Shown here: positions 59,801 through 64,000 of the stretch, piece after piece | Layout of the letters: every line of letters begins with the position of its first letter | How positions within the stretch are numbered: position 1 is the stretch's first letter | Assembly: GCA_965202585.1 (NCBI GenBank) | Contig: OZ241833.1 | Location: forward strand, 26,908,001 to 26,972,000 | Direction of reading: 5' to 3' | DNA from: Thalia democratica | Taxonomy: Eukaryota | DNA length: 64,000 nt | Program-made: the position numbers and the translations under genes | Notes under the pieces: model-generated | What the model was told of the DNA's origin: nothing | The model's input: only the letters and a program-made list of their open reading frames with translations | Database searches by the model: none

Positions 59801-62800
59801 TTATCATCACTAAACATTTTATTTTTTTATTTTTGATTATTTATTTTGCTTTCGCAATTCATATTTTTTTGGGTCTAATTGAATTTTTGGAACTTTTTAA
59901 AGTCTTTTGAGTCTTTGGTTATGTGTTTTTGAATCGGTTTTAATTAAAAGTTTAATTTTTAAAGGCAGGAAATTTATTAAAAATATTTTATTAGCTCATA
60001 AAGAATTAGAACCTATTAGTAGACATATTTATTTTGTTTTTAATTTCTATTTAAAAACTCTTTTAAGATTTAAAAAACTTTTATTGACAAGTTTCTTTGA
60101 ATCTTTCTGGATTTTGTCAAGTGATGCATTAAACAAAAACTGTATTTTTATGAAAACATTTTACTTAACCAAATATATATTAGTTGACTTATTATTATAC
60201 TTAGGTCCAGTGCAGCAGATTGCATTAGCTTTAACTCAGGGTGGACATTTGACCTAGAGTTTAAACATTTTAGCAAAAAAACTAGAAAAACCAGGAAATT
60301 TGAACAACTTATTCCAACCATGAAATTTAGAAAGAATAAGAAATATACTTGTTATATACAAAGAAATATTTATTATTCAGGATTTTTAAATAATAAAACA
60401 AATTTAAAGAAACAATACAGCATTTTTTAAATAAATTTTTAGTACTAAAAGCTTTTATTCATTAAATTTATTTTTATTTTTTGACTTAAAACAGACAATA
60501 ACACTTGTACTTTAAACCCATAAAGAAGTCAGTGACCATCCTGTTTAACTGTTTATTTTATACTTGATTGTCTAAAAACAAGACTAAGCTTTTCAAAGAA
60601 TTAAAAATAGTTATTAATTATAAGCTTATATATCTTTTATTCTATTTTTCTAAAATTTTTGAATCTTTAATGCTTGAGAAATTAAAAAGTTTCTTTTTTT
60701 TTTAGTCTTTGATATCCTATAGTTTTAGGGGGTTCACGACTATTCAAATTCGGACAATTCAAATTCCGACAATTCAAATTGTTAATAAATGATTGTAACG
60801 ACTAAAAATAAAAAAGTATTGTATATTTGTCTACAATAAAAAATACATATGTAGATCATGTTAATATCTACAGGCCATTTTTTTATTTTTGTAAAAAATT
60901 AAATACTTTTTGAGATATGGTTTGTATAAAGTAAAAAACATAGATATTTTTATTAATTTTAAAATATCTTGAAAAGTGTTTTAGATTTTGAAAAAAAGAA
61001 AAAAGTGGCTTTAGATATTATTAAGATCTACATTTGTGTTTTTTTAGTTTTTTCAAATTTATATTAGTTATTGAGATATAGTCCTTTTAACATTTTTTTA
61101 AGAATTTGAATTGTCGGAATTTGAGTTGTCCGAATTTGGATAGTCATGTAACCAGTTTTAGGACAATTTTTTAAAACCTTATCTTTTATAAATTATGCTC
61201 AATTTTCAAGAAAGAGATTTTAATTTTTTATAAGGTTTTTGTTATTATTATTTTCTTTGCAAAAAACAAAAGACTATTTTTTACTAAAAAACTTATTTTT
61301 ATCTAAAAAATTTTTATAATAGTTAAAAAAAATATAATAAACGTTAAAAACAATCAGCTAATTTTTTGTTTACAAAGTTTTAATTGAACTATTACAACAA
61401 CACATAACTTTTTCACAGCATTGCTTTTAATTCTTCCATCAGTGGTTTTTTCATTATAACAATCAACACTGCAAATTTATGTTAATTTTTTTTTAAAGCC
61501 CTGTACATTTTCTAGTTTTTCTTTTTTCTTTAAAGTAATATTTCTCTTTTTATTCAAATTATTTGATAGTCTATATCTACTAAGCATTTACAAGAAGTAA
61601 ATAACAGCATATTTTTAAAACTTAATTTAAATCCACTGTATTTACATATATTTTTATAACTTATAAAGCACTTATTTGTATTTCAAACTGATATGCTTCA
61701 TTATATTTGTTGCTTACACCTAACCAGCTGGTAATATAGCAAAAAGTTTGTTGTCTACAATAAACAAAACTGATTGCTGTTGTATTCTGCATGTTACTAC
61801 AATTTAAGCACTTTGTTTGTATAATCAATTTACTTCTAAAGTTTAAGTTTTGTTCATTTAATTTAACTTAGTGAGTTCTCTCTTGGTAAGACTAGCTTTA
61901 ATTTTTTTTAGCATAAAGCTCCTTAATCTTTTATTAGCTTTTTTGTTTTTCTTTCTACTTTGAATTCTTGTTAGGTTGTACAATATACATTTGATAGTTA
62001 GGAGCTATTAACTCTTTTATTTTTTATATCATTCCAATTTTCGAGCCACCTCTTGAGAAATTTGTTGGTGTAGATCAGGGGTTGGCAAACTGCAGCCCAC
62101 GGACCAAATGAGAGCAAACATTTTTTACTCACAAGGTACTATTTAACTGATAAAAAATTTTTTAAAAGCAATAAAATATGATGTTAAAAATTACAATTAC
62201 AATTTTTTAGTAAATACTCTTTAGTAGTGCTCTATTGTTATTTTTTCAATTTTTTTGTTTAAAAAAGTATTTTTACGTTTTCTTGTATGACTATTTTAAA
62301 ATGCAGCAGACTTTTTTCTATATAAGCTTTTTTGTTTGTAAAACTTAACTGCGACTTACAAAAGGCTGCTGACTCATGGTCTAGGTCAGGGTTTCCCAAA
62401 ATGGGCCCAGTGGCCTTTATGGGGCCATGACAGATTCTCAGCGGGCCATGTGCAGTTAAGGAGCCACGTAGGTGCCATGAGCTCATAATTTGAAACTTAG
62501 TCTAGATATTATGGAGTTGTTGATAAAAAGCATAAAAAAAGGGCTTAGGTGCTTTTAGTATTAGTTTTTTGAGTAATCTCGTTAAACCATAGCTTTTTTA
62601 ATTTCTTTAAAGGGGGCAAGTTAAAAATAGTTTGAGAAACCTTGGTCTAGATAGAAACTAATGAGTATTGAATAAAAAGTAAATATTCAGATGCTTAGTT
62701 TTTAAGAGTTGCAATATAAATAACTTTGTTAGTTTATGTTCAAACATACATTAGAATTACTAAGGTATTTTAAGATGTAAAACAGTTATTTCAAAGTAAA

Positions 62801-63597
62801 TTTTTGTGGCCTTCAATTTTAAGGTTAGCAAAAAACCCTGATCTGGTATTTATTTGTTTTGAAACAGGAAAATTAGTTTGTATGCATTATCTTTTGTTGG
62901 AAATATGTCAATATAGAACAAAATAATTAAAAGTTTTAAAGCCATATACTAACAACATTTAGAATATAAAACAAACTGCATAGGAATTGAGAGTTAATGA
63001 TGTTTCTAAAAACGTGTTTTTATTCATAAGAAGTTTAGAAAATACTTGAATAAGTTTTTTATACTTAACAACTAATCAAATTTTTGAAAACATGACAATT
63101 TCAAGTTCCAAACAAACGTACTAACATCTCGAAGACTTTTTCAACATTAACTAGCTACTCGTACTCAATAAGTAATATCAGGAAAATTACTTTACCTGGA
63201 AAAACCTGAAATTTGACAATCTAGGCAAAAAAAACCTGGAAAACCCTTGCAAATATTTTGAAAAAACGGCTGGCAACCCTGTAATATACAAATTTGATAA
63301 AAAAATCGTCTAAAATAAAAAATAAGTACAATAAATTAACCAAAAAAAAATCAAAACGTCCCAGGCGGGCGAGGAGGCTCTGATGGAGGCGCAGAAGTCG
63401 ATCAGGGAGCTGTTCGACAAGATCAGGTCCATCAAGGAGCGGGCGGAGCAGAGCGAGCAGATGGTGGAGGAGATCACCAGGGACATCAAGCAGCTGGACG
63501 TGGCGAAGCGGAACCTGACCACCGCCATCACCGCCCACAACCACCTGCACATGCTCATCAGCGGCACCGACACGCTGGAGACTCTGACCGCTAACAA
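56841..63597 (+). CDS. VPS53: VPS53 (GARP/EARP subunit), exons 1-2; gene continues beyond window
   Basis: Exon 56841-57098 ([32 protein letters not shown]) splices in frame to 63365-63597 ([41 protein letters not shown]), matching the VPS53 N-terminal domain. Confidence 0.95.
58050..58960 (-). mobile_element. Decayed Penelope-like RT-thumb/GIY-YIG remnant of a different family, in VPS53 intron 1
   Basis: [22 protein letters not shown] (~58420-58340) and IAEHL (~58260-58235). Confidence 0.65.
60730..61153. mobile_element. MITE with ~50-bp TIRs and 9-bp target duplication (Mutator-like)
   Basis: TIR gggttcacgactattcaaattcggacaattcaaattccgacaattcaaatt and its inverse; agttttagg at 60721-60729 and 61154-61162. 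Confidence 0.85.
62076..62840. mobile_element. hAT-like MITE (caggggttggcaaac...aaccctg) hosting a nested MITE
   Basis: Charlie-type left end; right end degenerate and no clear target duplication. Confidence 0.5.
62387..62644. mobile_element. hAT/Charlie-like MITE, nested
   Basis: Ends cagggtttcccaaa / tttgagaaaccttg; 8-bp duplication gtctaggt / gtctagat. Confidence 0.8.
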
Positions 63598-63632
63598 GTT
63601 GGTTGCAGATTTTTGTACAAGTTGTTATAGAG

Positions 63633-63836
63633 CAGTGGTCGGCAAACTGCTGCCCGCGAGCTGATTAATTTTTTTTTAACTAGTTAGATATATTAACATT
63701 CTCAAAAAACAAAAATTAGGTTTTAGTACTATCTTTAAAGAATAATCTAACGCCTTTTTTTTGTTTAAAAAAGTATCTTTAAATTTGTTTTTTAAAGCAC
63801 ATAAAAAACGTTCCTCTTTTGACCTGCCGACCCCTG
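63633..63836. mobile_element. hAT-like MITE just after VPS53 exon 2
   Basis: Ends cagtggtcggcaaac / ctgccgacccctg; 8-bp duplication ttatagag / ttgtagag. Confidence 0.8.
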
Positions 63837-64000
63837 TTGTAGAGTGTTGAATAACTTTACGTTAAACCAAAACTGATCTTACCATGAAAATAACTTTTTA
63901 AAATGTCTATTATATCCTGTAAAACATTGTATGTTTATATCCCAATAAATTTCACCACTAACAGATTAGTTTGTTTACAAGTGTAGTAGGGACATCGGTA

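Noticed and set aside
6-63597. Antisense or shifted ORFs over GC-rich exons (e.g. 6-191, 27734-28078, 31457-31726, 31969-32259, 32099-32362, 38364-38603, 63221-63550, 63310-63597)
   Set aside because: By-products of high GC3 in real exons; they end as soon as the AT-rich intron begins.

Overview
Very AT-rich metazoan (invertebrate-type) genomic DNA with GT-AG intron-rich genes; no prokaryotic features, rRNA, tRNA or CRISPR were seen. The left half is an inverted duplication (arms ~1-9500 and ~18150-28083) carrying two head-to-head CYP3-clan cytochrome P450 genes. The + copy is complete (15 exons, 508 aa); the - copy is intact through exon 13 and runs off the window. The spacer between them holds a disrupted Lys-rich ORF and a third copy of a conserved upstream block. 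Then come a 3-exon gene for a secreted 230-aa protein with a split thrombospondin-1 motif (-), a 4-exon SOUL/heme-binding gene (-), a ~16 kb repeat-rich intergenic stretch and the first two exons of VPS53 (+). Mobile DNA includes several Penelope-like (GIY-YIG) remnants, some with inverted arms, four hammerhead ribozyme motifs that all carry the same core G-to-A change, and many MITEs. All translations, splice calls and counts were done by eye; no searches were run.
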